DNA of 45,941 bases from positions 1-45,941 of the forward strand of contig JALZUU010000374.1 of the NCBI GenBank assembly GCA_023300665.1, in the 5' to 3' direction. The notes under the pieces are model-generated. The model did no database searches and was not told the origin of the DNA. It saw only the letters and a program-made list of their open reading frames with translations. A program made the translations under genes and the position numbers. Origin of the DNA: Saprospiraceae bacterium. GTDB lineage: Bacteria > Bacteroidota > Bacteroidia > Chitinophagales > Saprospiraceae. How positions within the stretch are numbered: position 1 is the stretch's first letter; the number at the start of each line of letters is the position of its first letter. Of this stretch, positions 36,609-45,941 are shown piece by piece.

Positions 36609-37964
36609 ATGAAAAGATTTATTACGACCATTCAAAATATCTGGAAAATTGAAGAATTAAGAGATCGAATTCTCTTTACACTTCTAATCCTTATGGTCTA
36701 CCGTTTTGGCTGTTTTGTAGTTTTACCAGGGGTTAACCCAGCTGTTTTAGAAGCTGCTACTAGCTCAAATACTGGTGACCTTTTCGGTTTGATTAACGCA
36801 TTCACTGGTGGAGCATTTAATAATGCAGCCGTTTTTGCATTGGGTATCATGCCTTATATCACTGCATCGATCATTATTCAGTTAGCTGGTTTCGCTGTTC
36901 CATACTTCCAACGTTTACAACAACGAGAAGGGGAATCTGGTCGTAAGAAAATCACTCAAATTACACGTCTATTGACCGTAGCAATTACCTTAGTACAAGG
37001 TGGTGGTTATTTAACTTGGGTAAAATCTCAAGGTGCGGTTGATCCAGGGATATCTGATGCGGTATTCTGGTTTAGTAACGTAATCATATTATCTACAGGA
37101 ACTATCTTAGCTATGTGGCTAGGGGAGAAAATCACTGATAAAGGAATCGGTAACGGTATTAGTTTATTGATCATGATCGGTATTATCGCAACTTTACCTG
37201 GTGCCCTTGTATTTGAAATCACTAAAAATTTCGGTCTATTAATTATCGTTGAATTAGCTGCCTTATTTATGGTAGTATTAGCAACCGTAATGATCGTTCA
37301 AGCTGTACGACGTATTCCAATTCAATTCGCTAAGCGAATGGTCGGACGTGGAGCCAGTGCAATGCCAGTTGCGGGTAACCGTGATTACATTCCAATTAAA
37401 GTAAATGCTTCAGGAGTAATGCCTATTATCTTTGCTCAAGCATTAATGTTCTTACCAGCTTCTGTAGCACAATTTGCAGCAGGTGAAGGAAGTGCATTGA
37501 CTACTTCTAGCTGGTTTATGGCACTTAATGATTTTACATCACCACTCTATAATGTAATCTATTTCGTTTTAGTAGTTGTGTTTACTTATATCTATACTGC
37601 CTTATTGGTAAATCCACAGCAGTACTCTGAATACCTAAAGCGACAAAATGCTTTTATTCCAGGTATTAAGCCAGGTGTACAGACTGCCGAATTTATCGAT
37701 TCAGTAACTACACGGATTACATTGCCAGGTTCTATTTTCCTAGGACTAATCGCAATCTTACCTGCTTTCGCAGCTGCTTTAGGAATTAATATTAGCTTCG
37801 CAATGTTCTTTGGAGGAACTTCTCTATTGATCTTGGTTGCAGTAGTATTAGATACCCTACAGCAAATCGAAAGTTACCTTCTAATGCGTAAATATGATGG
37901 TCTGGTAAAATCAGGTCGTCTGAAAGCTAGAGGAGGTATTCAAGGGATTGGAGCCAGTATGTAA
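36609..37964 (+). CDS. secY: Preprotein translocase subunit SecY
   Basis: Ten-TM protein after rplO. It contains ELR.RILFTL..L..YR.G..V.PG.N, GIMPYITASII.QL and GNGISL.I. Confidence 0.97.
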   Translation: MKRFITTIQNIWKIEELRDRILFTLLILMVYRFGCFVVLPGVNPAVLEAATSSNTGDLFGLINAFTGGAFNNAAVFALGIMPYITASIIIQLAGFAVPYFQRLQQREGESGRKKITQITRLLTVAITLVQGGGYLTWVKSQGAVDPGISDAVFWFSNVIILSTGTILAMWLGEKITDKGIGNGISLLIMIGIIATLPGALVFEITKNFGLLIIVELAALFMVVLATVMIVQAVRRIPIQFAKRMVGRGASAMPVAGNRDYIPIKVNASGVMPIIFAQALMFLPASVAQFAAGEGSALTTSSWFMALNDFTSPLYNVIYFVLVVVFTYIYTALLVNPQQYSEYLKRQNAFIPGIKPGVQTAEFIDSVTTRITLPGSIFLGLIAILPAFAAALGINISFAMFFGGTSLLILVAVVLDTLQQIESYLLMRKYDGLVKSGRLKARGGIQGIGASM

Positions 37965-38042
37965 GGCTTCTGGTCCAATCGTAATCGTTACGTTCTCACT
38001 ATAATTAGTGAACATCTTACAACCATATTATTACATTGAACC

Positions 38043-38873
38043 ATGATTTACTATAAGACAGACGAACAGATTGAGTTGTTGAGAGAAAACTGTCTATTAG
38101 TATCTAAGGTTCTTACAGATATTGCCGGTAAGATCCGTCCAGGGATGACCGGTGCTCAGCTTGATAAAGAAGCCGAAGAACTAATTCGTGATAACGGAGC
38201 AGTTCCAGGCTTTAAAGGCTTATACGGCTGCCCTTCTACTTTATTGATTTCCATTAACGAACAAGTTGTACACGGATTGCCTTCTACGGAGCCTTTCAAG
38301 GACGGAGATATCGTTTCTATTGATTGTGGAACCCTTAAGCATGAATATTATGGAGATGCCGCTTATACATTTGCTTTAGGTAATATTGATGAGGAAGTAA
38401 TGGCCTTATTACAAACAACGAAAGAAGCGCTATATCGTGGTATCGAACAAGTGAAAGCTGGAAATAGAGTAGGAGATATTAGTCATGCCATCCAATCTTA
38501 TTGCGAAAAAACACATAAATACGGGGTGGTTAGAGAATTAGTTGGACATGGAGTCGGGAAAAAGCTTCATGAAAAACCGAATGTTCCAAATTTTGGAAAA
38601 AGAGGCAAAGGGGTAGTTATGAAGGAAGGATTGGTGATTGCTATTGAACCGATGATCAATATGGGACGAAAAGAGGTAAAACAACTACCTGATGGCTGGA
38701 CAATCGTTACAAAAGACGGCAAGCCTTCTGCTCATTATGAACATACAGTGGCAGTTAGAAAAGGAGGAGCAGATATTTTGTCTAACCATTTAGTCATTGA
38801 AGAGGCAATTAGTAAAAATAAAGAGTTGCGAGAAGTTATTGCCCGTGAACCACTAAATGTGCTACTGGGATAG
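38043..38873 (+). CDS. map: Methionine aminopeptidase, type I
   Basis: Metal ligands sit in the expected context: SIDCG....YYGD, VGHGVG, AIEPM and EHT. Confidence 0.95.
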   Translation: MIYYKTDEQIELLRENCLLVSKVLTDIAGKIRPGMTGAQLDKEAEELIRDNGAVPGFKGLYGCPSTLLISINEQVVHGLPSTEPFKDGDIVSIDCGTLKHEYYGDAAYTFALGNIDEEVMALLQTTKEALYRGIEQVKAGNRVGDISHAIQSYCEKTHKYGVVRELVGHGVGKKLHEKPNVPNFGKRGKGVVMKEGLVIAIEPMINMGRKEVKQLPDGWTIVTKDGKPSAHYEHTVAVRKGGADILSNHLVIEEAISKNKELREVIAREPLNVLLG

Positions 38874-38968
38874 AATAATCTTAAGATCGTATCTTTCCGA
38901 TTTTAGAACCTTTCAAAGATTTTGTTGAATTTTAAGTTTCAAAACATAGAAATTCAGGTAAAATTTAG

Positions 38969-38976
38969 TATCTTTG
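38969..38976 (+). promoter_or_regulatory. -7 box TATCTTTG upstream of infA
   Basis: Exact TAnnTTTG match 20 nt upstream of the infA ATG, inside the 122-bp map-infA spacer. Confidence 0.35.
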
Positions 38977-38995
38977 CACTCCGAAATCAGAATTT

Positions 38996-39214
38996 ATGGC
39001 TAAGCAAGAACTAATTAAACAAGATGGTATTATTGAAGAAGCGCTTTCAAACGCAATGTTTAGAGTGCGTCTAGAAAACGATCATCAAATTGTAGCCACT
39101 ATTTCCGGTAAGATGCGGATGCACTACATCCGAATCCTTCCAGGAGATAAAGTAGCAGTAGAAATGTCTCCTTACGATTTGACTAGGGGAAGAATTACTT
39201 ATCGTTATAAATAA
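38996..39214 (+). CDS. infA: Translation initiation factor IF-1
   Basis: G.I.E.L.NAMFRV.LEN.H...A.ISGKMR...[22 protein letters not shown]. Confidence 0.98.
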   Translation: MAKQELIKQDGIIEEALSNAMFRVRLENDHQIVATISGKMRMHYIRILPGDKVAVEMSPYDLTRGRITYRYK

Positions 39215-39222
39215 ATTATATT

Positions 39223-39339
39223 ATGAAAGTTAGAGCATCAGTTAAGAAGCGTTCTGCCGATTGTAAAATTGTAAGACGCAAAGGAAAACTCTACGTAATC
39301 AACAAAAAGAATCCACGTTTTAAGCAAAGACAAGGATAA
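39223..39339 (+). CDS. rpmJ: 50S ribosomal protein L36 (38 aa; below the ORF-track cutoff)
   Basis: Translated by hand as [38 protein letters not shown]. It occupies the canonical position between infA and rpsM. Confidence 0.93.
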   Translation: MKVRASVKKRSADCKIVRRKGKLYVINKKNPRFKQRQG

Positions 39340-39365
39340 TTTTTAATATTTAAAAGATCTGAAAA

Positions 39366-39743
39366 ATGGCAAGAATTGCTGGTGTTGATTTACCAAAAAA
39401 TAAAAGAGGGGTTATTGGATTAACCTACATTTTCGGGGTTGGACCTTCCAAGGCTAAAAAGATTTTAGCAGATAATGGTATTGATGAAAATACCAAAATC
39501 AATGATTGGACGGATGATAATATCAAGGAAATATCTCGATATATTCAAGACGAAGTAAAGACCGAAGGTCAGCTTCGATCTGAAATCCAATTAAACATCA
39601 AACGTTTGATGGATATTGGTTGTTACCGTGGATTGCGTCACCGTAAAGGTCTTCCTTTACGTGGTCAGCGTACCCAGACCAATGCTCGTACTCGTAAGGG
39701 TAAGCGTAAAACAGTTGCTAACAAGAAGAAAGCAACTAAGTAA
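39366..39743 (+). CDS. rpsM: 30S ribosomal protein S13
   Basis: [19 protein letters not shown]...CYRG.RHR.GLP.RGQRT.TNART. Confidence 0.98.
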   Translation: MARIAGVDLPKNKRGVIGLTYIFGVGPSKAKKILADNGIDENTKINDWTDDNIKEISRYIQDEVKTEGQLRSEIQLNIKRLMDIGCYRGLRHRKGLPLRGQRTQTNARTRKGKRKTVANKKKATK

Positions 39744-39782
39744 TTCACTGTATTTTTCAATTTTATATAATTTTTCCAAGTT

Positions 39783-40163
39783 ATGGCAAAGGTTAAAAAG
39801 AAAAGAAATGTAAAGGTTGACCCAGAGGGTGTAGTACACATCCAGGCAACTTTCAACAATATTATTATCTCTATTTGCAATAAAGCAGGACAGGTAATCA
39901 GTTGGGCATCTGCAGGTAAAGCAGGATTCAGAGGTTCTAAAAAGAACACTCCATATGCTGCTCAAATGGCTGCTAACGATGCTTCTAAAGTTGCTTACGA
40001 CGCTGGATTGCGTACGGTTGAGGTTTTAGTAAAAGGTCCTGGTTCTGGAAGAGAAGCGGCAATCCGTGCAATCGACCAATCTGGTATCAAAGTATCAAAA
40101 ATTAAGGACGTTACACCGGTACCACACAATGGTTGCCGACCTCCAAAACGTCGAAGAGTATAA
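39783..40163 (+). CDS. rpsK: 30S ribosomal protein S11
   Basis: G..HI.ATFNN.I.SI.....Q.ISW.SAG..GF.GS.K.TP.AAQ...V.V.V.GPG.GRE.A.RA....[18 protein letters not shown]. Confidence 0.98.
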   Translation: MAKVKKKRNVKVDPEGVVHIQATFNNIIISICNKAGQVISWASAGKAGFRGSKKNTPYAAQMAANDASKVAYDAGLRTVEVLVKGPGSGREAAIRAIDQSGIKVSKIKDVTPVPHNGCRPPKRRRV

Positions 40164-40190
40164 TCTTTATTATAAAAGCATATTTAAGAA

Positions 40191-40802
40191 ATGGCTAGAT
40201 ATACCGGTCCTAAGACTAAAAAATCAAGAGCTTTCGGAGAAGCAATTTTCGGATTTGATAAATCTTTCGAAAAGAAGAAATACCCACCTGGCATGCACGG
40301 GAACGGGAAACGAAGAAAGCAAAAGTCTGATTACGCGAATCAGTTAATGGAAAAGCAAAAAGCTAAATACACTTATGGTGTTTTAGAACGTCAATTCCGT
40401 AAAATATTCGTAAAAGCAACAAGTAAATCAGGGGTTACCGGTGAGGTATTACTCCAGTTACTAGAAGCACGTTTAGACAACACTGTTTATCGTTTTGGTA
40501 TGGCTCCTAGCCGTCCAGCTGCTCGTCAGTTGGTTAACCATAAACACATCATGGTGAATGGTAAACTCAATAATATTCCTTCTACTCAACTACGTGCTGG
40601 TGATGTAATCACAGTTCGTGGAAAATCTCAACACCTACTGATCGTACAGGAAAGTGTGAAGAGTAAAGGTGATGTTCGTTCATTCCCATGGTTAGAATTT
40701 AACCCTGACAAAATGCAAGGAACTTTCATTGGATACCCAGAAAGAGAAAATATTCCGGAAAAGATCAATGAACAACTTATTGTTGAACTTTACTCTAAGT
40801 AA
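40191..40802 (+). CDS. rpsD: 30S ribosomal protein S4
   Basis: [11 protein letters not shown]...RLDN.VYR.G.A.SR..ARQLV.H.HI.VNG. Confidence 0.98.
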   Translation: MARYTGPKTKKSRAFGEAIFGFDKSFEKKKYPPGMHGNGKRRKQKSDYANQLMEKQKAKYTYGVLERQFRKIFVKATSKSGVTGEVLLQLLEARLDNTVYRFGMAPSRPAARQLVNHKHIMVNGKLNNIPSTQLRAGDVITVRGKSQHLLIVQESVKSKGDVRSFPWLEFNPDKMQGTFIGYPERENIPEKINEQLIVELYSK

Positions 40803-40815
40803 TCAATAAAATAAT

Positions 40816-40861
40816 CATTAGCGAAACAACTTTTTTAGCTGTTTCGCTAATGTACTTTTTT
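40816..40861 (+). terminator. Strong hairpin plus T-tract between rpsD and rpoA (intrinsic terminator or attenuator)
   Basis: CATTAGCGAAACA-N11-TGTTTCGCTAATG is a perfect 13-bp stem (40816-40828/40840-40852), followed by TACTTTTTT. Confidence 0.6.
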
Positions 40862-40921
40862 CCCCCTCCCGCGGGGCCATCCATCATCCTCATAAATTCT
40901 TTTAAAGAAACCGCAAATCAT

Positions 40922-41920
40922 ATGAGTATATTAAACTTCCAGAAGCCCGACAAAATCATATTACAAAAATCTACTGATTTTGAGGGTACTTTCGAATTTA
41001 AACCATTAGAGCCAGGATTTGGACAAACGGTCGGAAATAGTCTCCGTCGTATCCTCCTATCTTCTTTGGAAGGTTTTGCAATCTCCGCTGTTCGTATCGC
41101 TGGTGTTGACCACGAGTATTCTACGATCAAAGGAGTAGTCGAAGATGTAGTTGATATTATCCTAAACCTAAAACAAATCCGATTTAAGCAGTTAATCGCT
41201 GATGAGGATGTTTCTAGCGAAAAAATCTACCTAACCATTAGTGGACAGGATGCACTTAAAGCTGGAAATATTGAAGAGCATACCAACGTATTTAAGATAA
41301 TGAATCCTGAATTGATTGTCTGTAACATGGAACCTTTCGTTAACCTAGAAATGGAATTAACGATCACCAAAGGACGTGGTTACGTTCCTGCTGACGAGAA
41401 TCTTCCTAAGGATGCACCAATTGGTGTTATTCCAATCGATTCGATCTATACGCCAATAAAAAATGTTGCTTACAATATCTCTAACACACGTGTGGGACAG
41501 AGAACGGATTACGAAAAATTAACCATCGACGTTAAGACGGATGGTACAATCCACCCAGAAGAAGCAATCAAAGAAGCTTCTCGTATCATGATTCAACATC
41601 TAATGTTGATTACTGATGAAAACATTACTTTCGATGAAGGTACTGGACGAGAAGATAATATCGTTGATGAGCATATCTTACACATGCGTAAGTTGCTTAA
41701 GACTTCGTTAGAAGATCTTGATCTATCTGTACGTGCATACAACTGTTTGAAAGCAGCGAAGATCAATTCTTTAGCGGAAATGGTTCGTTACGATATGCAT
41801 GAACTATTGAAATTTCGAAACTTCGGTAAGAAATCTTTGGTAGAAATCGAAGAACTATTACAGGAAAAAGGCTTGACCTTCGGAATGGATTTATCCAAAT
41901 ATAAATTAGACGAAGAGTAA
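40922..41920 (+). CDS. rpoA: DNA-directed RNA polymerase subunit alpha
   Basis: Starting at ATG 40922 gives MSILNFQKP....F...PLE.GFG.T.GN.LRR.LLSS..G.A. The C-terminal domain has L.LSVR..NCLK...I....L. The ORF-track start at 40850 lies inside the terminator region. Confidence 0.97.
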   Translation: MSILNFQKPDKIILQKSTDFEGTFEFKPLEPGFGQTVGNSLRRILLSSLEGFAISAVRIAGVDHEYSTIKGVVEDVVDIILNLKQIRFKQLIADEDVSSEKIYLTISGQDALKAGNIEEHTNVFKIMNPELIVCNMEPFVNLEMELTITKGRGYVPADENLPKDAPIGVIPIDSIYTPIKNVAYNISNTRVGQRTDYEKLTIDVKTDGTIHPEEAIKEASRIMIQHLMLITDENITFDEGTGREDNIVDEHILHMRKLLKTSLEDLDLSVRAYNCLKAAKINSLAEMVRYDMHELLKFRNFGKKSLVEIEELLQEKGLTFGMDLSKYKLDEE

Positions 41921-41927
41921 AATCTTT

Positions 41928-42019
41928 ATTGACTACTAAGCATTTGCGGGATTGCGGCTACTTCCCGGTGTATTACCGGGACTAAGAGGTTGGAAATGCA
42001 AAAAATGATTGTAGTCAAT
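41928..42019 (+). repeat. GC-rich structured intergenic element, copy B (candidate ncRNA or MITE-like repeat)
   Basis: An outer 9-bp helix pairs 41928-41936 with 42011-42019 (ATTGACTAC/GTAGTCAAT). The core spans 41941-42007, with a perfect 7-bp hairpin at 41963-41969/41975-41981. It is the paralog of 339-437. Confidence 0.6.
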
Positions 42020-42120
42020 CTTTTTAATAAAATTAAATTAGCGATTACTAAGTACGTTTCGACGGAAAAGTGTCGCGATGATCACGCCGAATAGTCGGCA
42101 TCACTTTTAAAATCTTTATA

Positions 42121-42639
42121 ATGAGACACGGTAAGAAATTTAACCACCTCGGAAGAAAAGTAGGACACCGTAAGGCACTACTTAAAAATCTATCTATTGC
42201 TTTAATCACACACAAGCGTATCAATACGACTTTGGCGAAAGCAAAAGCATTACGTCGTCACCTTGAGCCTTTGGTTACCAAGACTAAGACAAACACTACA
42301 CACTCTCGACGTGTGGCATTTAGCTACCTGCAAAACAAAGAAGCAGTAACTGAATTATTCGGACCAATCGCTAGTAAAGTAGCAAGCCGCCCAGGTGGTT
42401 ACTTACGAGTTATCAAATTAGGATTCAGACAAAGTGATGGCGCAGAAATGGCGATGATCGAATTTGTAGACTACAACGATGTTTACACGGTAGGTACTGC
42501 TTCTGGAAAAGAGAGCAAGAAGAAGAAGCGTACTCGACGTGGAGGTGGAAGCAAGAAAGTAGCAGCAGTAGCAGCGGGTACTGAAACAACGAAAGAAATT
42601 GTAGAAGAAGTAAAGAACGATATTTCAGAAGAGGAATAG
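42121..42639 (+). CDS. rplQ: 50S ribosomal protein L17 (with a Lys/Glu-rich C-terminal extension)
   Basis: [21 protein letters not shown]...L..H.RI.TT..KAK.LR...E.L.T. Confidence 0.98.
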   Translation: MRHGKKFNHLGRKVGHRKALLKNLSIALITHKRINTTLAKAKALRRHLEPLVTKTKTNTTHSRRVAFSYLQNKEAVTELFGPIASKVASRPGGYLRVIKLGFRQSDGAEMAMIEFVDYNDVYTVGTASGKESKKKKRTRRGGGSKKVAAVAAGTETTKEIVEEVKNDISEEE

Positions 42640-42670
42640 ATTAGTACTTTCAACTACTTGAAAAAATATA

Positions 42671-42709
42671 GACAGGCGATTTCCGAAAGGAGATCGCCTG
42701 TCTTCATTT
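42671..42709 (+). terminator. Rho-independent terminator ending the ribosomal cluster
   Basis: GACAGGCGATTTCC-GAAA-GGAGATCGCCTGTC is a 14-bp stem with one G-U pair and a GAAA tetraloop, followed by TTCATTT. Confidence 0.75.
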
Positions 42710-42751
42710 AGATAAGCTCTTACTAATGCTTAGATTCATTAGAACTGGTCA

Positions 42752-43672
42752 ATGAAATATTATTTTACACTACAATACCGTAGAACAATTCGTTTATTGG
42801 ATGAAATAGGACTTCACCCAATCCTTGCGCTCGTACTTGGTGTAACCGCTTTTTTAGGCGTTTCTAAATTTTTATTTCTAAAAAGTGAAATAGCTGGATT
42901 GGTTTATTGGGGAATGACTATTTCAATCCTAACAAATCTGGGAAAGGAAAAACGAAATGACCAATTAAAAGCGATATTTAATAAACGAGATTATCTACTG
43001 GTTAGACTTTGGGAGAACGGATTATTGCTATTGCCATTTTTCTTTTATCTCTGTTGGGAACAGGTTTTTTTGTTAGCATTAACCTTGATTCCGATATCTA
43101 TGGGGTTGGCAGTGTTTACTAATTTGCCACAGATCCAGACGACCATTCCAACACCTTTTAAGAAATTTCCATTTGAGTTTATCATAGGTTTTAGAAAAAC
43201 CGCTTGGTTTATTTTTTTGGTCTATTTACTGAGTATTAAAGCATTAGAGGTCGGGAATTATAATCTGGGAGTATTTGCTTTGGCAGTATTGTTTTTTGTT
43301 AGTATGAGCTTTTATTCAAAACCAGAAGATGAATATTATTGTTGGATTTTTTCCATGAGTCCAGTAGAATTTTTATTAAAAAAAATCGCCAGTGGACTGA
43401 TCTGTTTATCAATTTTAACGATTCCAATTTTTATAACAATCATTGTCTTTTTTCCAGAGAATATTTGGATAACCATTGCGGTACAGTTGTTAGGATATAT
43501 TTATCTTAGCTCTATGATCTTGGCAAAATACTCAGGATTTCCAAAAGGATTGAATATTGCTCATGGGATTTTCTATGGAATCAGTATCTTATTTCCACCT
43601 TTATTAATCATTATTATTCCAATTTTTTATATTCAGGCAAAACGTAGACTAACCGCAATATTAGGATGGTAA
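42752..43672 (+). CDS. Polytopic membrane protein, family not recognised (putative permease partner of the downstream ABC ATPase)
   Basis: The 306-aa protein has about 8 hydrophobic segments. Its 3' end overlaps the ATPase gene by 7 bp. Confidence 0.65.
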   Translation: MKYYFTLQYRRTIRLLDEIGLHPILALVLGVTAFLGVSKFLFLKSEIAGLVYWGMTISILTNLGKEKRNDQLKAIFNKRDYLLVRLWENGLLLLPFFFYLCWEQVFLLALTLIPISMGLAVFTNLPQIQTTIPTPFKKFPFEFIIGFRKTAWFIFLVYLLSIKALEVGNYNLGVFALAVLFFVSMSFYSKPEDEYYCWIFSMSPVEFLLKKIASGLICLSILTIPIFITIIVFFPENIWITIAVQLLGYIYLSSMILAKYSGFPKGLNIAHGIFYGISILFPPLLIIIIPIFYIQAKRRLTAILGW

Positions 43673-44343
43673 ACATAAAAAATCTTTCAAAATCTTATGG
43701 TAATAAAAAAGTACTGACTAATCTAAACTTAGCATTAGCAAGTGGCCAGGTGGCAGGTATGGTTGGTGAAAATGGCGCTGGAAAAACCACCCTTTTTAAG
43801 TGTATTGCAGGGATGGAAAATTATGAGGGACAAATTGAGGTTAAGGTAGAAAATCTAAAAGAGCGCGTAGGTTTTCTTCCTACCAACCCCATCTTTTTAT
43901 CCCGAATCACCGGTTGGGAATATCTCAAACTACTTTGTGTAGCTCGGAAAATAAAAACAGAAAATTTTGAAGAACAAAATATATTTGAACTACCGCTCAA
44001 TCAATATGCAGAGACCTATTCTACAGGGATGAAAAAGAAGTTAGCGTTGATGGGAATTTTACTACAAAAAAATGAAATCTACATCTTGGACGAACCTTTT
44101 AATGGCGTAGATATTCATAGTAATATGATCATCTCAGAAATCATCAAAAAACTAAAAGCCAAACAAAAAACCATCCTGATTTCTTCTCATATTTTTTCTA
44201 CCCTAAGTGATTGCTGTGATACAATTCATTTATTAAAAAATGGCGAAATTTCACGAATGGTAACCAGAGAAGGGTTCTCTACCTTAGATCAAGAAATGCA
44301 GTCATTCATTGTCGGAGATAAGGTTGATCGGCTAGATATCTAA
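43666..44343 (+). CDS. ABC transporter ATP-binding protein (short form, 225 aa)
   Basis: Walker A is GENGAGKTT, the signature-like segment is YSTGMKKKLAL, Walker B is ILDEPFNGVD, and the H-loop is SSH. Confidence 0.88.
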   Translation: MVNIKNLSKSYGNKKVLTNLNLALASGQVAGMVGENGAGKTTLFKCIAGMENYEGQIEVKVENLKERVGFLPTNPIFLSRITGWEYLKLLCVARKIKTENFEEQNIFELPLNQYAETYSTGMKKKLALMGILLQKNEIYILDEPFNGVDIHSNMIISEIIKKLKAKQKTILISSHIFSTLSDCCDTIHLLKNGEISRMVTREGFSTLDQEMQSFIVGDKVDRLDI

Positions 44344-44416
44344 TAACCTAGTTTTAGCTTAGTATAACTATGGTCACTTTCTCACGTTTACCTTCTCTTC
44401 CTTCCTAAAACTTGCT

Positions 44417-44424
44417 TATATTTG
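44417..44424 (+). promoter_or_regulatory. -7 box TATATTTG upstream of carA
   Basis: Exact TAnnTTTG match 17 nt upstream of the carA ATG. Confidence 0.35.
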
Positions 44425-44440
44425 CGAAAACTTCATATTC

Positions 44441-45562
44441 ATGGCTGAGTTAGAACAAGTACCAACGATACTTTTACTAGAAGATGGAAAAGCATTTTAC
44501 GGCAAATCTGCTGGAAAAATTGGCACTACCACTGGAGAAATTTGCTTTAATACTGGAATGACCGGTTATCAAGAGATCTTTACAGATCCTTCCTATTTTG
44601 GTCAAATTATGGTAACCACCAATGCTCATATTGGAAACTATGGTACCCGTAATGTAGAAACAGAATCTGAGCAAATTACCATCGCAGGTTTGGTGTGTAA
44701 AAACTATGTCAACGAGTATTCTCGATTGATGGCAGACCAATCTATTCAAGAATATTTTGAACGAGAAGAATTGGTGGGAATTTGTCAGGTTGACACCCGC
44801 GAAATCGTTCGCCATATTCGAGACAAAGGGGCAATGAACGCCATCATCTCTTCAGAGATTACCGACATTGGAGAATTAAAAAAATTACTGGATAAGGTAC
44901 CGAACATGGAAGGCTTAGAATTAGCCAGCAAAGTAAGTACCAAGGAACCATATTTTTACGGAGATCCAGCAGCTGAAAAGAAAGTAGCAATTCTAGATTT
45001 AGGAGTGAAAAAGAATATCCTTAATTGCATGGTCGAAAGAGGATGTTATCTAAAAGTATTTCCAGCAAAGACTCCATTTGAAAAAATGAAAGAATGGAAC
45101 CCTGATGGATATTTTATTTCTAATGGACCTGGAGATCCTGCTCCGATGAAATATGCAGTAGATGTGGTAAAAGCAATCTTGGCAGAAGACAAACCTCTTT
45201 TTGGAATTTGTCTAGGACACCAAATTCTTGCACTTGCCTTGGGAATTCCAACGTATAAAATGCACAACGGTCACCGAGGAATTAATCATCCAGTGAAAAA
45301 TCTAGTAACCGGGAAATGTGAAATCACGAGCCAAAATCACGGGTTTGGTGTAAGCCCTGATGCACTAAAAGAAAATGAAGATAAGATAGAAATTACACAT
45401 GTTAATCTGAATGATGATACCATCGAAGGAATCAAGGTAAAAGCTAAGAAAGCCTTCTCTGTTCAATATCATCCAGAAGCTTCTCCTGGTCCACATGATT
45501 CACGATATCTTTTTAATGAGTTTATCAGTATGATGACTATGGTAGAACAGCCATCAAATTAA
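44441..45562 (+). CDS. carA: Carbamoyl-phosphate synthase small (glutaminase) subunit
   Basis: L.LEDG..F.G.S.G and TGYQE..TDPSY.GQI are present. The GATase triad context is GICLGHQ ... HPE. Confidence 0.96.
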   Translation: MAELEQVPTILLLEDGKAFYGKSAGKIGTTTGEICFNTGMTGYQEIFTDPSYFGQIMVTTNAHIGNYGTRNVETESEQITIAGLVCKNYVNEYSRLMADQSIQEYFEREELVGICQVDTREIVRHIRDKGAMNAIISSEITDIGELKKLLDKVPNMEGLELASKVSTKEPYFYGDPAAEKKVAILDLGVKKNILNCMVERGCYLKVFPAKTPFEKMKEWNPDGYFISNGPGDPAPMKYAVDVVKAILAEDKPLFGICLGHQILALALGIPTYKMHNGHRGINHPVKNLVTGKCEITSQNHGFGVSPDALKENEDKIEITHVNLNDDTIEGIKVKAKKAFSVQYHPEASPGPHDSRYLFNEFISMMTMVEQPSN

Positions 45563-45666
45563 ATTTAAAAAACCACTGCCCTAACCAAATATTTTCCCTC
45601 AAGCGTTTTTATAGCCGTTTGTAGAAAGACCAAAAGTTTTAATTACCTATTTAAAAAAGAAAAACA

Positions 45667-45941
45667 ATGAGCGAAATTATCGACATCCGATCCCGACAAA
45701 TTCTTGACTCTCGTGGTAATCCTACCGTGGAAGTAGAAGTTACCACTTCTTATGGAGCCGTAGGGCGAGCAGCCGTTCCATCTGGTGCCTCTACTGGAAA
45801 ATACGAAGCAGTAGAATTAAGAGATAAAAATAAAAAAATATATTTAGGTAAAGGGGTAACAAAAGCTGTTCGAAACGTAGAAGATCAGATCCGTGAGCAA
45901 TTGATGGGGGTAGATGTTTTTGATCAAATTTATATCGATCA
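45667..45941 (+). CDS. eno: Enolase, N-terminal fragment (runs off the window end)
   Basis: Hand translation from ATG 45667 gives [53 protein letters not shown]. There is no stop before 45941. Confidence 0.95.
   Translation, partial: MSEIIDIRSRQILDSRGNPTVEVEVTTSYGAVGRAAVPSGASTGKYEAVELRDKNKKIYLGKGVTKAVRNVEDQIREQLMGVDVFDQIYID

Noticed and set aside
1-45941. Window-wide look for CRISPR arrays, rRNA or tRNA genes, transposases or integrases, prophage genes, toxin-antitoxin pairs and recognisable defence genes.
   Set aside because: Reading both strands revealed none. Every ORF above about 140 aa is assigned to housekeeping, respiratory, signalling or transport functions. A computational scan (tRNAscan-SE, Infernal/Rfam, ISfinder, DefenseFinder) would be needed to exclude small elements definitively.

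Overview
AT-rich chromosomal segment that looks Bacteroidota-like: TAnnTTTG-type promoter boxes recur, and the str, S10, spc and alpha ribosomal operons are joined without tuf or adk. From left to right the window holds: an OmpA-like gene fragment, a DUF1573 lipoprotein and PnuC; an exosortase paired with a VIT-domain PEP-CTERM substrate (XrtN-like); the complete nqrABCDEF Na+-NQR operon; and a lipoprotein zinc metalloprotease. Next comes a minus-strand signalling cassette of four genes: a response regulator, a hybrid REC-PAS-kinase-REC protein, an orphan 503-aa helical protein and an amidohydrolase. This is followed by a polyprenyl synthase, a GNAT acetyltransferase, and about 19 kb running rpsL-rpsG-fusA-rpsJ through rpoA-rplQ, including rpmD and rpmJ, which are too short for the ORF track. 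The window ends with an orphan membrane protein plus ABC ATPase, carA, and the 5' end of eno. I saw no tRNA, rRNA, CRISPR array or transposase by eye.

The items most worth a second look are:
- A GC-rich structured element of about 70-100 nt is present twice (339-437 and 41928-42019). Both helices carry compensatory base-pair changes, and I cannot assign it to a known RNA family.
- The dedicated exosortase/VIT-PEP-CTERM pair has no experimentally established function.
- The two-component cassette has a kinase whose ATP-binding boxes look degenerate, and its orphan protein is translationally coupled to the amidohydrolase.
- NqrA carries an N-terminal extension that looks like a signal peptide plus a transmembrane helix.

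All calls come from reading the sequence and from recalled family motifs. No searches were run.
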